Under the pieces are notes generated by a model that saw nothing but the letters and a program-made list of their open reading frames with translations, made no database searches and had not been told where the DNA came from. From the NCBI GenBank assembly GCA_030704615.1, contig CM060734.1, positions 48,856,001 to 48,920,000 of the forward strand: a DNA stretch of 64,000 nucleotides. The letters are read 5' to 3'. This DNA comes from Takakia lepidozioides (Eukaryota; Plantae; Bryophyta). How positions within the stretch are numbered: the first letter of the stretch is position 1; every line of letters begins with the position of its first letter. Of the stretch, positions 1-14,040 are shown piece after piece. The position numbers and the translations under genes were made by a program.

Positions 1-359
1 AGTATGGTGACATACATTATTTGAAAAAATAATGATATATTTAAAAATATATATATGGATGGATTGCACGACGTTCTTCCATTTCAAAATATCATTCGTA
101 CATTGCATTGGAATGAACTTAATATATATGTACCTTAACCCTAAGATAACCTTCATTTGTCTTTGTGTCTTCTTCTTGACCTTGATGCATTGCAGCTTTG
201 ATTCACAATTGGCTTTGACACATTTGTCAAACCTTACCATCTCAAAGTTATATTCTCAATTAATATACTTACACTAACAAGTTTTTTACATCATAGAGTC
301 CCGCTTAATATACGTGTAGGTGAATGTGAGGTTTAGGGGTGTAGGGTTTAAGATCTCAA

Positions 360-2098
360 TATGGAAGATGACGACGACTTTTCAAATGAGGCATTCATTT
401 ATCCCTCTGACTTTGAGGAGGAATGGGAGTGAAAAGCAAGCTTGTAGGAGGTCTTTGGAAGAGCTCATGTAAGCGGTGAGTGTGTTTCAACTCCTTTTGA
501 ATAAGCATATATTTATCATTCCGATTTTGAGTCAGATATTGATGGCGAAGTAGAAGTGAAAGACGAATTTGACGTTCATCATGACCATGGGGAAAGAAGT
601 GGATTGTCTAATATGCTCAACGATAATATGGAACCCTTCACAAATGGTCAAGAGTCATCTTCATTGCTATTTGATAATGTAAATACTGAGCTCTCTCCAA
701 AATTCATTTAATTTACATCAGCAAGTAGAAACCTCATGATTCAATGTATTGAGAATGATGTTACACCAACCTTCACACAAATTCGTGAAGTTGATGACAA
801 ATTACAACCGTCTCCTACAAGTCATGGACGCCTTGTAGATGCAAGAGACCCAGTAACCACTGTTGAAAGGTGGAAAAACGTCCAATGCAATTTCAAGGTG
901 CATCAATTTATAGAAGGTAAGGGCTTAGTTCCGAAACGATCCCAAAGATAGACAAGTCTCTTGCCTAGAAGAGTGATCACATTGGAAATAGTGATAACCA
1001 TTTATCGCTAGCACGCACGATTACCACCATAAAGAGTAGTTGGAGTACTGATGGAAGATAGGGGATATTCCACTGTCACTCGTTCAACAATGTATTGAGA
1101 CATGCAAGATATGTAACAAGTCCAAATTCTGGAACGAAGTTCATAATGTTTCTTATGAGGCATTAGAGACGACTCCCCTTGATGACATTTGCACCAAATA
1201 TGTTGTATTACGACGTGTGAGCAAAACGAGAGAAAGTGAGACCCAACGAGTCATATACTTTCAATGCCATAGAGGTAGCACGCAACCGGAAACGGACCAA
1301 GGATGCTACACAAGAGAAATGTAAAGAAAGAAGGGCAAGAACTTCCCGAAAATGTAATTGCGAATTTCTCTTGAAGGTCGTGGTTCATTTACTACAAGAA
1401 GTTGATGTTCAAAAACGAAAAGTTGAAGGATCGACCACTGTATATGTCCATCACAAGCACAGTAGGCATCATCCCGGGTCCCAAAGTGACAAGTTTTTCT
1501 TGCCGGTGCATCCGAATGTAATTGCTTATGCAATGGAGAATTTGACCCGAATGGTATCTACATCAATGGCTGCTCTTGCAAGTGCGCGAGAGGACAAGAA
1601 AATGCAAGCAATGGTTGGAGACTTGGAATGTGTTACAAACCGTTTTTTCTCATTCCTAAAGAAGTGGAGCAATAATTATTCAATGCGGATAAATGGTAAG
1701 TGTACCGTCTCTAGTCCAATGGTTGTATTCATATGCTTGACATTTACATTGACATTCATTACATTCATTTAAACTATATGGAATTGTATTAGATGCATTG
1801 CACGTTGATGATTGGGATGTCGCTCAAGTGGAGGTATCAAGACTTGAACAACAAGGCAAGGTGATTTTTTACCAAGAGTATTGTCCCACGCATGGTGACC
1901 CAATGAAAAGACCATTTGTTGTAGTCATACAAGATGAATTCATGAGATCGAATGCTAGAAGATTTTCAAATGGACAATCATGGGCGTTTGACTCCACGTT
2001 TAAGACGAATCAATATGCCTTTATATGCGGCTATTGTGCCGAATCATGCGGGTCGGGGCATGCCGGTCTTTTATAAACTATGTTCCAAAGATAAGGAG
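360..2098 (+). pseudogene. Mutator-like (MULE) transposase relic, 5' part; interrupted at 2099 by a chromovirus
   Basis: ORF 1236-1772 has an SRKCNCEF...HKHSRH Cys/His pattern (FAR1/WRKY-like DNA-binding domain). 1798-2098 reads SWAFDSTFKTNQY / PLYAAIVPNHAGRGMPVFY, the first catalytic Asp region of MULE transposases. Contains stops and frameshifts; left boundary approximate. Confidence 0.7.
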
Positions 2099-2823
2099 TA
2101 TCGCGCACCTCACTTTGGTAAGCTCCCCTTCAAGTCATAGATACTCGCTTTGATGCGCGTGCCTAACTCCCAACCTGTCCGCTGGGCCAACTCGGAGCTT
2201 CGGCTGCTCACCGGGACATAACGGTCCCCCTTTACTCTTCCAAAAGACCCTCCACCAATTTGGCCCTAGTGGAAATTCCCTTTGGTAGATGGCAGTCCGG
2301 AATAGCTCCCCACTTCTTGGTCGCTTTCCGGCTCGCTCGCTTACTCACTAGTTTTTGGTTACCAACGGGCTTGCACCGTTCTCGGGGTTACTACTCCCTA
2401 TATATACTTCTGTGACTGTCCGCGGGGGTTTCACAATCATCCCTGTCATTTTATGGCGAACCACCACGAAGACCCTCGACTCCCGGTGATGAGTCGCGGT
2501 GAGTCTTGGCCCACCCACCACGGCCCCATTGGACCGTGATGGGTCCCAAGACTCCCCATGACTCCCACCACAAGGCCTCCGCCCCATGGTGAGTCCTATG
2601 CCACCCCCACTAAGTCCCGCTAAGCTACCACCACCCCTTGTGGAGCCACCCCCACCGCAACCCGGTGTGCGGGGCTCCACCTAGTGAGCGCCTCCGCCTC
2701 CTTGAATGCCTTGGGCACTCAAGGGTGCTTCAGCCCCCCGTACCTATCGCTGCCACTGCCCCCACCACAGGGGCAGCCCCTCTGCGTCCCGACTCCCTGC
2801 CCTCAAGGCAAAGGGCCGCGACA
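2099..2823 (-). repeat. 3' LTR of chromovirus element 1
   Basis: Near-identical to the LTRs at 18539, 19634, 20721, 21804 and 49634. Preceded on the minus strand by purine-rich GGTAGAGGTGTG. Confidence 0.9.
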
Positions 2824-3738
2824 CACACCTCTACCAATAGGGAGTCGATGTCCTCATCGACTTGTTCATTTTGTAGAAATGAACATCCAAGTTGTGGCGT
2901 CCCACATCAAGGAGTTTGTTTCTGCACCATGGCGTCCCATGGCAAAGAACCAAACCCCACACTTGACTCTACTCTCCACTAGCTAGTTCGGCCGACTTCC
3001 TCCAAATCCCGGCCAAGGGTGGAGCCTCTCAAGCTCCTCCCAGTGCACTCTTCTTGGCCTACTCCAAGGCCAAGGAACGATCCTCCACGAGGATCGAATC
3101 GCCTTACTGCAACAACATTGCTTGCGACCCTCATGATGCCGCTCTTGGCATCACCTTGAGCAAGGGTTCACCTTGAATCCTTTTTTACTAGGAAGATAAC
3201 CTTGAACCAACCGTGCCCCCCAGCCACTACAATTGGGTCCACCTTGGAATGCTGGCCTGAGGTACGGTAACACGCCGAAGCCGCACTACGACTTCGTCCC
3301 GAGGCTACACGATTATAGTACGTGAACGGAAGCACGTAGCTTCCGCGTTAGCCCGCACTACAAGGCAACCCCCTCGGTAGCGCAGTTATAGTACGCACAC
3401 GCGTCAGGTGCGTACTAGCACGTGAACTCCCAAAGAAGGCGCAAGTTTCCTTGCCCCTTGGATGGGAGTCACCCGATTTCGACACTACGCAAACACACAA
3501 TTAATCCAATTTACCTCTCCCACTTTGTAAGCTAGCATGCATTCTACACACTAGCCAAACAAACCATGCATCACCATTACAAACAAAATAGGACGCGCAA
3601 CATTTGGGAACCATTTCATTTATAACAAAATTTGTACAATACAAGTTTTTGCAATCGGATTCCTGAGCTAGCTAAGCCGGGCTAAACATACATTTCCTCC
3701 CCCACGCTCCAAGGTTGATGTCCCCATCGACGCTTCCT

Positions 3739-5924
3739 TTACTTTTGAGGTCGCCCTTCGAAAGCCGCAACCGCCTCGGATGCGTTTCCCATTTCTGAGG
3801 CACGCATCCAAGATGCCTCTACATGATGATAGCACTTCCATTTCACGAGATACTCCGTTTCTTGATTTTTGAACCTCCTCAACTTAAGCACTGTCTCCAC
3901 CTTGTACTCAGGTTCATTTTCATGGTCCAACAGCATAGGTGGTGGACGCAACACTTGATGCCGATTCGGACGCGCTTCATCTTTGAAGTAAGGCTTCAAA
4001 AGGGAGACGTGGAATACCGGATGCACCTTGCTGTTTTCCAGCAGCTCCAATTCATACACATCCTCATTCATAACCTTCCGGATGCGAAAGGGTCCCGCAT
4101 ACGGAGGTACGAACTTCGGACTCACTTCCGGAGGTAGCCGGAAATTCTTGATGTTCAACCAGACCTCCATGCCTGCCTCAAACTTAACTTCCCTCCGCCT
4201 CCGATTCGCCTGCCGTTCATACCGTATCCTAGCTTTGGCAATGTTGTACTTTGCGAGCTTCAACAAACGCTCGCGTTCTTCCAGTACCGTCGCTGCTGCC
4301 GGTTCCTCAACGTGCTGGGCGTCCCACCTCGTCGGCACCAGAGGTGTCTTTCCATAAACCAATACGAAAGGGGAAACTCCCGTTGCGGAGTGTTTTGTGT
4401 TATTATAACAGAACTCTACCGCGTCCAAGTGCTCCACCCAGTCTGATTGGTCTGCCGATACGTAATTCCGTAAGATCTGCTTCACCACGGAATTCACTCT
4501 TTCCGTTTGGCCGTCCGTCATAGGTCAGAAGGCGGTGCTCATCTTGAGCCTCGTCCCCATATTCTTCCAAAATGCCCTCCAAAATTTACTCGTAAACTTT
4601 CGATCACGGTCCGAGACAATATCCTTCGGGAGTCCATGATGCTAGAAAACGTAGGCGAAATAAAGTCGTCCCATCTCCTGCGCCGTTGCCGTTTCCTTGG
4701 TGGGGATGAAATGGCCAATTTCACTCAACCTATCCACCACCACCATGATCGCATCGAATCCTTTTGACAGCGGCATAGCAGTCATGAAATCCATCGAGAC
4801 ACTTTCCCAATACCCCTCTGGAATCGGCAAGGGTTGTAACAGCCCCGCTTGCTTTTTGTACTCGCTCCGGTTTTGTTGGTATGTGGTGCATGTCTTGACA
4901 TACTCCTCGGCCTCCTCCCTCAGTTTGGGCCAGAAATACTCTTTCTTCAAGAGTGCCGCGGTGCGCTTGGCTCCGCCGTGGCCCGCAAGCGGGCCATCAT
5001 GGCATTCTCTCAAGAGACTATCTCTGATTCCTTCCTTCGGCACGTAGAGACGCTTTTGCTTATACCGGAGCAGTCCATTTTGCAAGTGGAACTGCGATTT
5101 AACCCCCATCCTCAAGTCCCGCATCATGGACTTCGCCATCTCATCCGGTAAGCCTTCCGGATCTTCCTTTGGAGCGCCGTCTCGCTCCTGTATATGTACA
5201 TGACCAACATGAGCTGCTGCTTTCTACTTAAAGCATCGGCCACCACATTGTCCCGTCCCGATTTGTACTGGATATCCACGTCGAACACTGCCAAAGTATC
5301 TTGTCACCTAAGTTGTTTTGGGGACAACTTCGGTTGCGTGGCAAAATACTTCATCGTGACATTGTCCGTGAACACCTTCACCGGGTTGGAACCAACATAG
5401 TGGCGCCAAAGCTTAAGGCAATGCACCACCGCCTTCATTTCCTTCTCATGCGTAGGCCACCGTCGCTCCACTTTATTCAGTTTCTTACTTTCGTAAGCCA
5501 CTGGACGTCCATCCTGCATGAGTACACCCCATATTGCAAAGTCTGACGCATCCATATGAATCTCAAATGGACGGTCGAACTCCGGGATCTTGAGGACTGG
5601 AGCTTCTGCCATCCGCTGCTTCAACTCGACAAAAGCTTGGCCATAAAATGTGTTCCATACCTAGACTTTGGATTTACACAGGAGGTCTGACAGTGGCCCC
5701 GCGATCTTGGCAAAATTTCTCACATACTTCCGGTAATAGGAGGCGAGTCCTAGGAAGGATCGCACTCCCGGGACCGAAGTCGGAGGCTCCCAGTCCAAGA
5801 TCGCAATGTAATCGACACACATCCGCAGCGTCCCATCCTTCTTGTCTGCGAATAGCACCGGGGCTCCGTAAGGTGACTAACTTGGCCGGATGTACCCCTT
5901 TGACATTAGATCCTTGAGATGAGC
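3739..5924 (-). pseudogene. Chromovirus pol, 3' part: RT (internally deleted), RNase H, integrase, chromodomain
   Basis: Motifs DASDFAI..VLMQ (RNase H), HDGPLAGH..C..., SMDFMT, TDGQTERVN, PYAGPF, VHPVFHVSLLK and EYKVETVL...EYLVKW (chromodomain). The RT core is deleted near 5805 (CVDY|IAILDW) relative to the copy at 53047-54087. Several stops. Confidence 0.9.
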
Positions 5925-6519
5925 TGTCGTGCACCTAAGCATCGTGCCACAACATACATCGTTGTCCACCACACAATCTAAGCACACAATCCTAGAAATC
6001 TATACCACAATGATAAGAGAAGAGAAATGAGAGAAGTAGAAGACAATGAAAGATCTCAAAGCATGAAGCAATCACATGAAGAACAAGCCCTAGTCCTTCC
6101 AAGTGAAATCCACTCTATCACATAAACTAAGTCAAGCCAAGGGCACCTTTGCTAAAGGAATCCACCCTACAAAGCCCTCAACACACTCCCTCTCAATACC
6201 TAGAGCTATGGAGGTGAGAGAAGCTCATGGAGGCTCAACTACAAGAAGATGAGCCTCCTCAACACTCACAAGGGGAAAACCTATCTCCATGTCTCAAGTG
6301 AGGCTCGACACCTCACTTGGCATGTGAGACCAAATGAAGTCCCAACACACAAAATATAAATATAAATATCTAAAATGTCATAGTTAACTAGAAGTAGGCA
6401 ATTCTAGATAACCATGACTAAAACCATGACAGCTGTCGTGCACCTAAGCATCGTCCCACAACATACATCGCTGTCCACCACACAATCTAAGCACACAATC
6501 CTAGAAAGCTATACCACAA
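5925..6519 (-). repeat. 3' terminal B-gc-A-B repeat block of copy 1
   Basis: 86-bp B at 5925-6010 and 6434-6519 flanks a 421-bp A (6011-6431) that recurs at 16525-16945. Confidence 0.92.
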
Positions 6520-6775
6520 TCGCCCCTCTAGCTGGTGGTTAGGTCCCTCTAACTCCAGATAGCTACAAGATATAATAGCCACAGCCGTACTAAGTCCTCT
6601 ATCACTGTCCCTATTGTACTCAAACTCTATAGACCAAGAGGCCGGGTACAAGAGCAACCCCATCGTTAGTTGTCGTCTTGCAATCTGTGAACTTGAGTCA
6701 GGATCTCGTGTGTTGGTCTCCTAGTAGCTTGGCCTTGCATTTCTTGTTAGCCTTCCATGGTTGTATCCACTCCCA

Positions 6776-9700
6776 CTATCCAATGCAATGCGGACATAAC
6801 CAATCCCCATCAGGAACCATCTCAAGAGGTGAAGTCAAGCATCCCATATGCCAATCTCTAGAGCATTGATCACACACCAGCATGGTGGCTGCCCCTCTAA
6901 CAGACCCACACAACATGCACCTCAAACTTGCAGGTATCACTGCCAGGTTTGGGTCAACCCTTCCATCAACATTTGGAAGGTGACATGGCGCGCAATTACG
7001 CACATGGTCCTTCCAAATCATGCCATCCCGACCCTCCAAGATCAGGACTCCTGAGGGCAACACCTCTCGAACCCTCAAAATAGTACGTCCTGCAATCACA
7101 TCCAAAGTCATAGGAGCAGTCTGCTGCAGATAAACATAGTCACCAGGGTTGAATCTCCGAACCCCAGGACGATAGCCCCCACCACGTATGGTAGCATACC
7201 TCAACGTATCACGATGTTGTGCAATGGCAAGGTTCTCGAAAACCATGGGCATGACTTTCTTGAACAACTCTGCACGCTACTTACATGCACGTGCCTACAC
7301 GTCCGGATCGTCAAGGTTAAGAACTGTAGCAGCTTCTCTGCGAATGGATGTAGGCAATCCGGCTCTCAGCCAAAGAGAAGAAAGTATGGTGAGAAGGAGG
7401 CAAGTGATGCTTGCTTGCTGAACCTGTAGCCCATGGCTAACCAGGGTAACTGAAGGTCCCAATCTCCTAGGTGTCCCTTCTGCAAGCCATACTTGCGCAA
7501 ACCCCTCTTTACTGTCTGAACAACTCTCTCTGCCAAGCCATCGGCCTCAGGATGATCCCGAGAAGTGGTGCGGTGGTCTATCAAGGCCTTGTCACACAAA
7601 GCCTGAAACTCCCCCAAAAACTCTCTCCCTTGGTCCGTGAGTACCTCAGCTGGAGCACCGAATCGGCTAAGCACACAATCCAAGAATGCATACGCAGCTC
7701 CCTCACTAGCCTTATCAGGCAATGGAACCAATTCAATCCACTTGGAGAAGTGCTCCACCATCACCAACACGTACTTGTTGTGGCGCATGGTCAGTGGCAA
7801 CGGCCCTGCGAAGTCAAGACTCCACCTGTAGCCCAATCCCATGATCGGAAGAGGGTGCAATTGTGGAGTAGGGGCGTTGAATGAAGCACGCACCCTGTCA
7901 CACACCATGCACCTAGCCACAAATTGTTGCACCTCTGTGTGCATACCACGCCACCAATACTGCCCCTGCAGTAGACTATGAGTGCGTCGCATCCCAAAAT
8001 GCCCCAACTCCTCATGGGCATGCCGCACTAACGGTGCCCGCTGTGTTGGGTGAGGCACAATCCTCACTCGACCATCCTCCCACACTCGGAGTAGGTGTGT
8101 CCCCTCCCACTTGAACCTCTTGGCTCGTTGTAGGATCCGATCCCTCTCCTTGGCAGTCACAGTGGCTGCAGTGTCTCCAGTGCGGAGGTAGTCCAACACA
8201 ACTGAATCCTCATGTATATCTTTGGCGCCACCTTGCTCATTGCTAGCCTCAGGGTCCTCAGACACTTGATCTACAGTCATCCCTGTTGCAGGTCCAACCT
8301 GGCCTTCCGCTGCTAAGATACACAGAAATGAAGATGCATGCATACCGGGCACCATCTCCTCGTCCGTCTCACCATGCCACCGAGCTCCAGTGTCATCCTG
8401 CTAGCTCGTGCATGGATTGCGACTCAACCCATTTGCATTGCAATTGACCAAACCCGGTCGATGCACCACCTGAAAGTCATACTCTTGAAGGATGAGTGCC
8501 CACTGTGCAAGCTTCCCCGTAAGCTTGTCTGACTCCATCAACCACTTGAGTGGTTGGTGATCCGTGACAAGGGTGAAGAGATTGCCGTATAGATAGCACC
8601 TGAAGTGTGCCACGGCCCACACTGCAGCTAAGCATTCTCCCTCATATGAGCTATACTTAGACTCTGCAACGTTGTTCAAACGGCTAGCATAAGCCACTAC
8701 GAACTCTCTTCCCTCATCGTCCACCTGTGTGAGCACCGCTCCAAGCCCCAGCATGCTCCAATCTGTATGCAGCTGAAAAAGACGCCCCCTGATAGGTCGT
8801 CTCAAGATGGGCGCCGAGGTCAACCTCGCCTTGAGCTCTTGAAAAGCTTGTTCTTGCTCATCTTCCCACTGCCACTCCTGGTCCACCTTGGTCAGCTTGG
8901 TTAGAGCCTTTGCAATGGCACTAAATCCCTTAACAAACCGTCTATAATAGTTTGCTAACCCCATGAAAGCTCGAACTCGGCTCATATCCGTGGGGCGTGG
9001 AACCTGTGCAATGGACTCTACCTTAGTCTGCTGTACCCTTAATCCTCCAAGATATATCATGTAACCCAGATACTCAATCTGGTTGTGGAAAAACTTGCAC
9101 TTTGGATGTAACTTCAATCCGTGCGCCCTCAAGCGCTCTAATACCCCCTGAAGGTGTCTCTCATGCTCTTCCACTGTAGCACTAAAGATGATGATGTCAT
9201 CTATGTAGCACCGAGCAAACTCCACCCCTGCTAGAATCCTGTCCATGACTCTTTGAAACTCTGCCGGAGCGTTCTTAAGCCCAAATGGTAAGAACCGCCA
9301 CTGGTATAGGCAATCCTTCCCGTGCTCATTGATCCCCCAGAATGCCGTCTTTTGCTTATCCGCCTCCTTGATCGGCAACTGGTGATATCCGGATCGTAAA
9401 TCCAACGTGCTAAAGACCTTGGCATGCCCAATGGCATCAAAGATCTCCTCTGGTGTTGGCATGGCATACCTATCGGACTTGGTCTGACGATTTACAGGCC
9501 GGTAATCACCGCACATACGTCTCTCCGTCCAATTGCCAAAGACATCCTTCTTGGCTGGCATTACTGTGGCTGAAGCATACTCTCCCCCAGATAGCTCCAC
9601 CAAACCAGCCTCCCAAAGGTCCTGAGTTCTCATCTGAATCAAGGACCTCTCCATGTCACTGTATCTATAGGGTCTCCGAAAGATTGGCGTGTCAGTAGCC

Positions 9701-9905
9701 AATTCAATGCGAATCTCTTGACCCTTCATGCTCCTAAGTCCTTCAAACTGAAGGCAAAGCAGTTCCTGTAAGCCCTCAAGAACCGCCGTATACGTCGTCT
9801 CTCTCCTCCGGTGACTATAAGTCCAACATCAGGCTCCTAGTTGTCCTCCGTGACTGCAACCTTGAGTCCAGCAGGCTTAGAGGTAGAAGACGCGTCCCGT
9901 GGTTG
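6776..9905 (-). pseudogene. pol of copy 1: RT, RNase H, integrase, PHD finger
   Basis: Motifs [40 protein letters not shown]...CMVC, DFAGP, TDQGREF, GLAER and a C-terminal C4HC3 PHD. Broken by premature stops and frameshifts. Confidence 0.92.
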
Positions 9906-12900
9906 CTATGCTGCAACCTCTTGAGCAGTGACCACTGCCTCCTCTGTCCGTGGCAATGTCTCATCCTGCCCCATCATCCCATCCTTGAGGACCTCCTCAA
10001 CCCGAGAAAAATCCCCAACCTGATCCATCACCGCCGCCTTGGCTGCCAACTCCTTCTGAACCTCGAGCACCTCCCACGTGTGCCATGGATGCGGCCTGCA
10101 CCTCGTGGTCCCCACCTGCTCGCCCCCACTCGCTGCCTGTACCGTCTCGGTAGGCAGGGAGACCATGAAGGGAAGTGTACTCCATACTCTGCGCTGCTCA
10201 ACCATAACCAAGCTGATAATCCAGGTCAAGCAATTGAGATCCATTGCTTGCCCCAACACCTGACGACGTGATGCCTCAGAAAGAGATAGCACCGCCGTGG
10301 TACCTGTGGTAAAACCCATCGCCCGCTCGCGCTCGTCAGCATTGGGCTCCACTAATTGTTGCAACTGGCTATCCCACAAGAGGCCAGGTCCACCATCCCG
10401 AAAAGCATGGGATCCTGGGAAGCTGAGCAGTGTAGGTAATGCTGCTCGGGGTTGACCCACCCTGTTGACCACTGCCAAAGGCGAACGGTCAACGTGTCTC
10501 ACACGTTGAGACTGCCTCCCTATGTCCAAAATGCTATCCACTGTGAGGTGTGCTGGCCGCTGCACCCCATCAAATGCATGCTTGAGCAGTGCGGGTGACA
10601 TCAAGTTAGCACCATAGCCGTGGACGATGAGCCCGTGATCCCACTGCAGCTGCATCCAGCAACACTGCTGATCCAAGCCACGACCGGACTTGATGCACAC
10701 TGGCCATCACCCTGGCCCGAGAATCACCCATCAGTGGCACATTCTCCAAGATGTATGCTGGAGATACAGCTTGATGAAGCTGTAAGTGGCGCAAAACCCG
10801 CACTATCTCCCAAAACAGACCCGTCCTCGAGTCTCGCAATCCATTGCCATGCCTGGCTGATGAATGCCCTTGGCAGGGCCAACCTGCCACACCAGATCAA
10901 TGGAGCCAACCTGCTCCAAATCCTGCGCCCCCAGCAACGAAATGTCTGCTGACAAGGCTTGTTGGTATCCACGAACTGCAGACATTGGCAACAAATCAGG
11001 GTACTGCTGTACCAACTGAGCAACATGGCGCAGTGAGACGTGTCGTGCAGTCTCATCCCTCTCCACATACAGGTAACGTTGAACTCGTACACCTGCCTGC
11101 AGTACTGCAGCCAATCCAGTGCTGATCCCGCCAAACAAGTCCAGAAGGCATATGCCTTCATCCGGGCACTGCCACACAAGAGGTGTGGTGTCCAATGGCG
11201 ACAACTGAGGTGGTGCTGGTACAATCACCGCACTCTCCTCTTCTCTTGACGGTACGAAGGCCTCTACCCAGGCTTGTTGCACCCGTCCATCAGCAGCCTG
11301 CTGCAAATCCTTGCTCGTACCCCACAATGGAGTGTGAGCAACCATGGCAGGCAACTCCGCCGTACCATGCATGTCATCCTGCTCTACTAGAGGTGGCACA
11401 TCCTCTGCATGGGCATTGCCTTCCAGCAACTCTCCAGGCCAACTAACTGCAGCTGTAAAGGCGGCTAGTGTTGGCATCTTGCCCCGCTGGGCAGCCGCAA
11501 TACCCCCAATGAATGTCACAGGGAGCTGTGCACGACGACCATCCCCTGACTGCCATCCAGGCCTGTAGGATGCTGACTCCTCCCAAAAGTCCAGAGTGAA
11601 GCCCATGGGATATAACACTGCCCCACCAACAAGGACATCGTAAGAGACCGCGTCTGTCACAATGGCCTTGGCTCGCATCACTGAGCCATCTATAGGATGA
11701 TCTGGTTGTAGTCCAATGGCCAACTCACGCCGTGTCATGCCCCGAGCCTGCTCTGATCCTCCCAGAGATGTCTGTATCTGGAAAGGACAAGGCTCCATAT
11801 CCGCCTCCATGAGGCCCAAACCTGCAATAGCAGCTCTGCCCAACATCAGTGGCTGAGCTCCTGAGTCCAACAAGACCCGCAGTGGCCGGTACTTCTTGCC
11901 TGCCGGTCCACTCAAAGTGAAAATGCCTCCCTGGTTGTCTAACAAGACAACTCCAGGTGTCACCATGGCGCGCTCAAAGGCTGGCCTAGCTGGCAGCTCC
12001 GTCAACCTGGCAGCTGCAGCTTGCCATGGCGCAGCCGTGGCAGTCTTGACCCTCAAATCCGAGGATCCCTCTGCCACTACACCTTCCAGTAACTCCGCAG
12101 AAGATGAAGTGACTTCCCCACTCTCGCAAAGTGTTGCTGCTAGTCTGAACACTGCAGCTGGTCTTACCCCCGGCGTCGCAATCATGGTTGCCGAGAATAG
12201 TGGGGCTTGACACACAGAGGTGGCTGCCCCCAATAACACACCGGCTGCATTAGCCTTGGTAGCAGGTGTCAGTGTTGCACGTGTAGCTCTCCCCAATGGC
12301 ATAGTAACCTCCGCCTCGGTAACAGTCGGGCGAGAACTAGGTGCCATGGATGGTGTCGACACTGTCTCCACCAATGTGAATGACTGAGGAAGCCTCGCCT
12401 GACGGCTTGCCTCCCCACGCTGTGGATCCAATTCCACTTCTGCACCTCGTGGCTCAGGAACTCGTGCTGCTCGTTGAGTCACGGCTGCAGCAGACTCCAC
12501 CTGCACTAGTGGTAGTGCTGCTCCGCACATGAATCCCATGCCTCTCATATCTCCTCCCTCAGAAGCATGAGCTGTAGCCATGGCAGTGAGCCTCTGCTCT
12601 AGCTGCTGAAGCCGGTTGGCCATGTCTTGGTCAACACCCTGACCTCCGCGTCCTTGGCCATGTTGAGCTTGCCCTTGGCCTGCACCTCGTGCCCGACCAC
12701 CTCGTCCTCTCTGGGCTGGTCCACCTCGCCCCCGGCCACCATTGTTCCCTTGGAACTGGCCTGGGCGCAACTCAGGGTGCAAGTCATAACACTGGGCATC
12801 TCCATGCCCATACTTGCCACAATGCCCACACTGCAACTGTGCAGGCTGTGCTTGTGCCGGCCTTCTGCCACTCTCTGGGCAATCTCTCTTGACATGGGGT

Positions 12901-14040
12901 CCTCCACATGTCCAACATATCACCCCTGGTTGCTGTTGGCCTGCAAAAGATGCCACGGGCCTCTGCACCTGAGGTCCCCTGTAAGCTCCATGGAATTTGG
13001 GTTGGGAAACCTTGCCCCCTGACCACGCTGTTGGGCAGTCCCTTGTGCCTGTGGGCTGGCAGCTGCGCCTCGTGCAGGCATGTCCTTGCCAAATCCAATG
13101 GTAACAACTCGCTCCTCCACCATGTTGAGCTCAATCCGCTCAGCCAGCAGAAACACATCCGCTAATGTGGGTTGGGCCGCTTGTAACAGGGTTGCATCCC
13201 GCACCCTTCTCCTGAGCTCCTTGTCCAAAATTCCATACCAGAATTGGACTGCCTGAGCTTCAGTAACCCCTTGGGTCACACTTATCAAGCGCCTCATACG
13301 AGTGTAGGCCTCTCGCAAGCTCTCACTGGATTTGCGCTGGAAGTCTTGCAAACTTCGCAGCTTCTCTGTCCTACACCTTGGTAGTTCCTCCGCAACTCCT
13401 GAAAGAACTCCACCACCGGGTTGAATCTAGGCACATGTGTTGTAGTCGTGGCAGGAGGAGTAGTAGCATCTTTTGAACTGGTACCACCTGCAGAAGTACC
13501 GACACTACTTGTTCCACTACTAGTGCTTGTAGTTGGAGATGTTTGTGTAGCTGCTGGTGTCACCGCTGCCTTGTGCCTCTAGTGATTGAGACATAGTTAG
13601 GTGACCAATACTCTCGCCACTCCTCAATCTCCACCGCATGTCCCCGCCTAAATTCATGGTAATCATCTATGGGCGGCCTCTCAAGGTGCTGGAATAGCCC
13701 CTTCCATGCCATAAAGGGCGTAAACAGTTGTGGATTGCGCATTTGCTGCAAATCACACCAACTGTCAAACTCTTATATAAAGTCATCAAGCTCGATGGTG
13801 CCCATAGCTCCAGAGTACCTACGTGGCCCCTTGGTAGCTCCATACATCTCCTCCATCGTGTCCCACAACAATGGCACGGAAATGACTTGCACCCTCGGCG
13901 AGAATCCTCCTGACTCCGAGTCTGAACCTTCCTCAGAAGACACTGAAGGTGAAAGTGGCCTAAACCGCACACCTTGTCTTGTGTACCCACTAGTATCGCT
14001 GGTGCTCGTACCGGCACTCCCCTCAGCAGCTGGTGGCACC
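9906..14040 (-). pseudogene. gag-protease-cytosine methyltransferase ORF of copy 1 (frameshifted)
   Basis: Zinc knuckles, LLDSGA protease, LDLFGG, AGWPCQ, ILENV, RAHRPR, ERERAMGF and RRQVLG are spread over ORFs 9906-10700, 10606-10890, 10803-12968 and upstream fragments. Confidence 0.9.

Noticed and set aside
1-360. MULE terminal inverted repeat
   Set aside because: No matching inverted partner found by eye near 35.7-36.7 kb.
2348-2986. Short ORFs in chromovirus LTRs, and antisense ORFs over gag-pol throughout the window
   Set aside because: They are by-products of GC-rich repeats and of coding on the opposite strand; their recurrence only reflects repeat copies.
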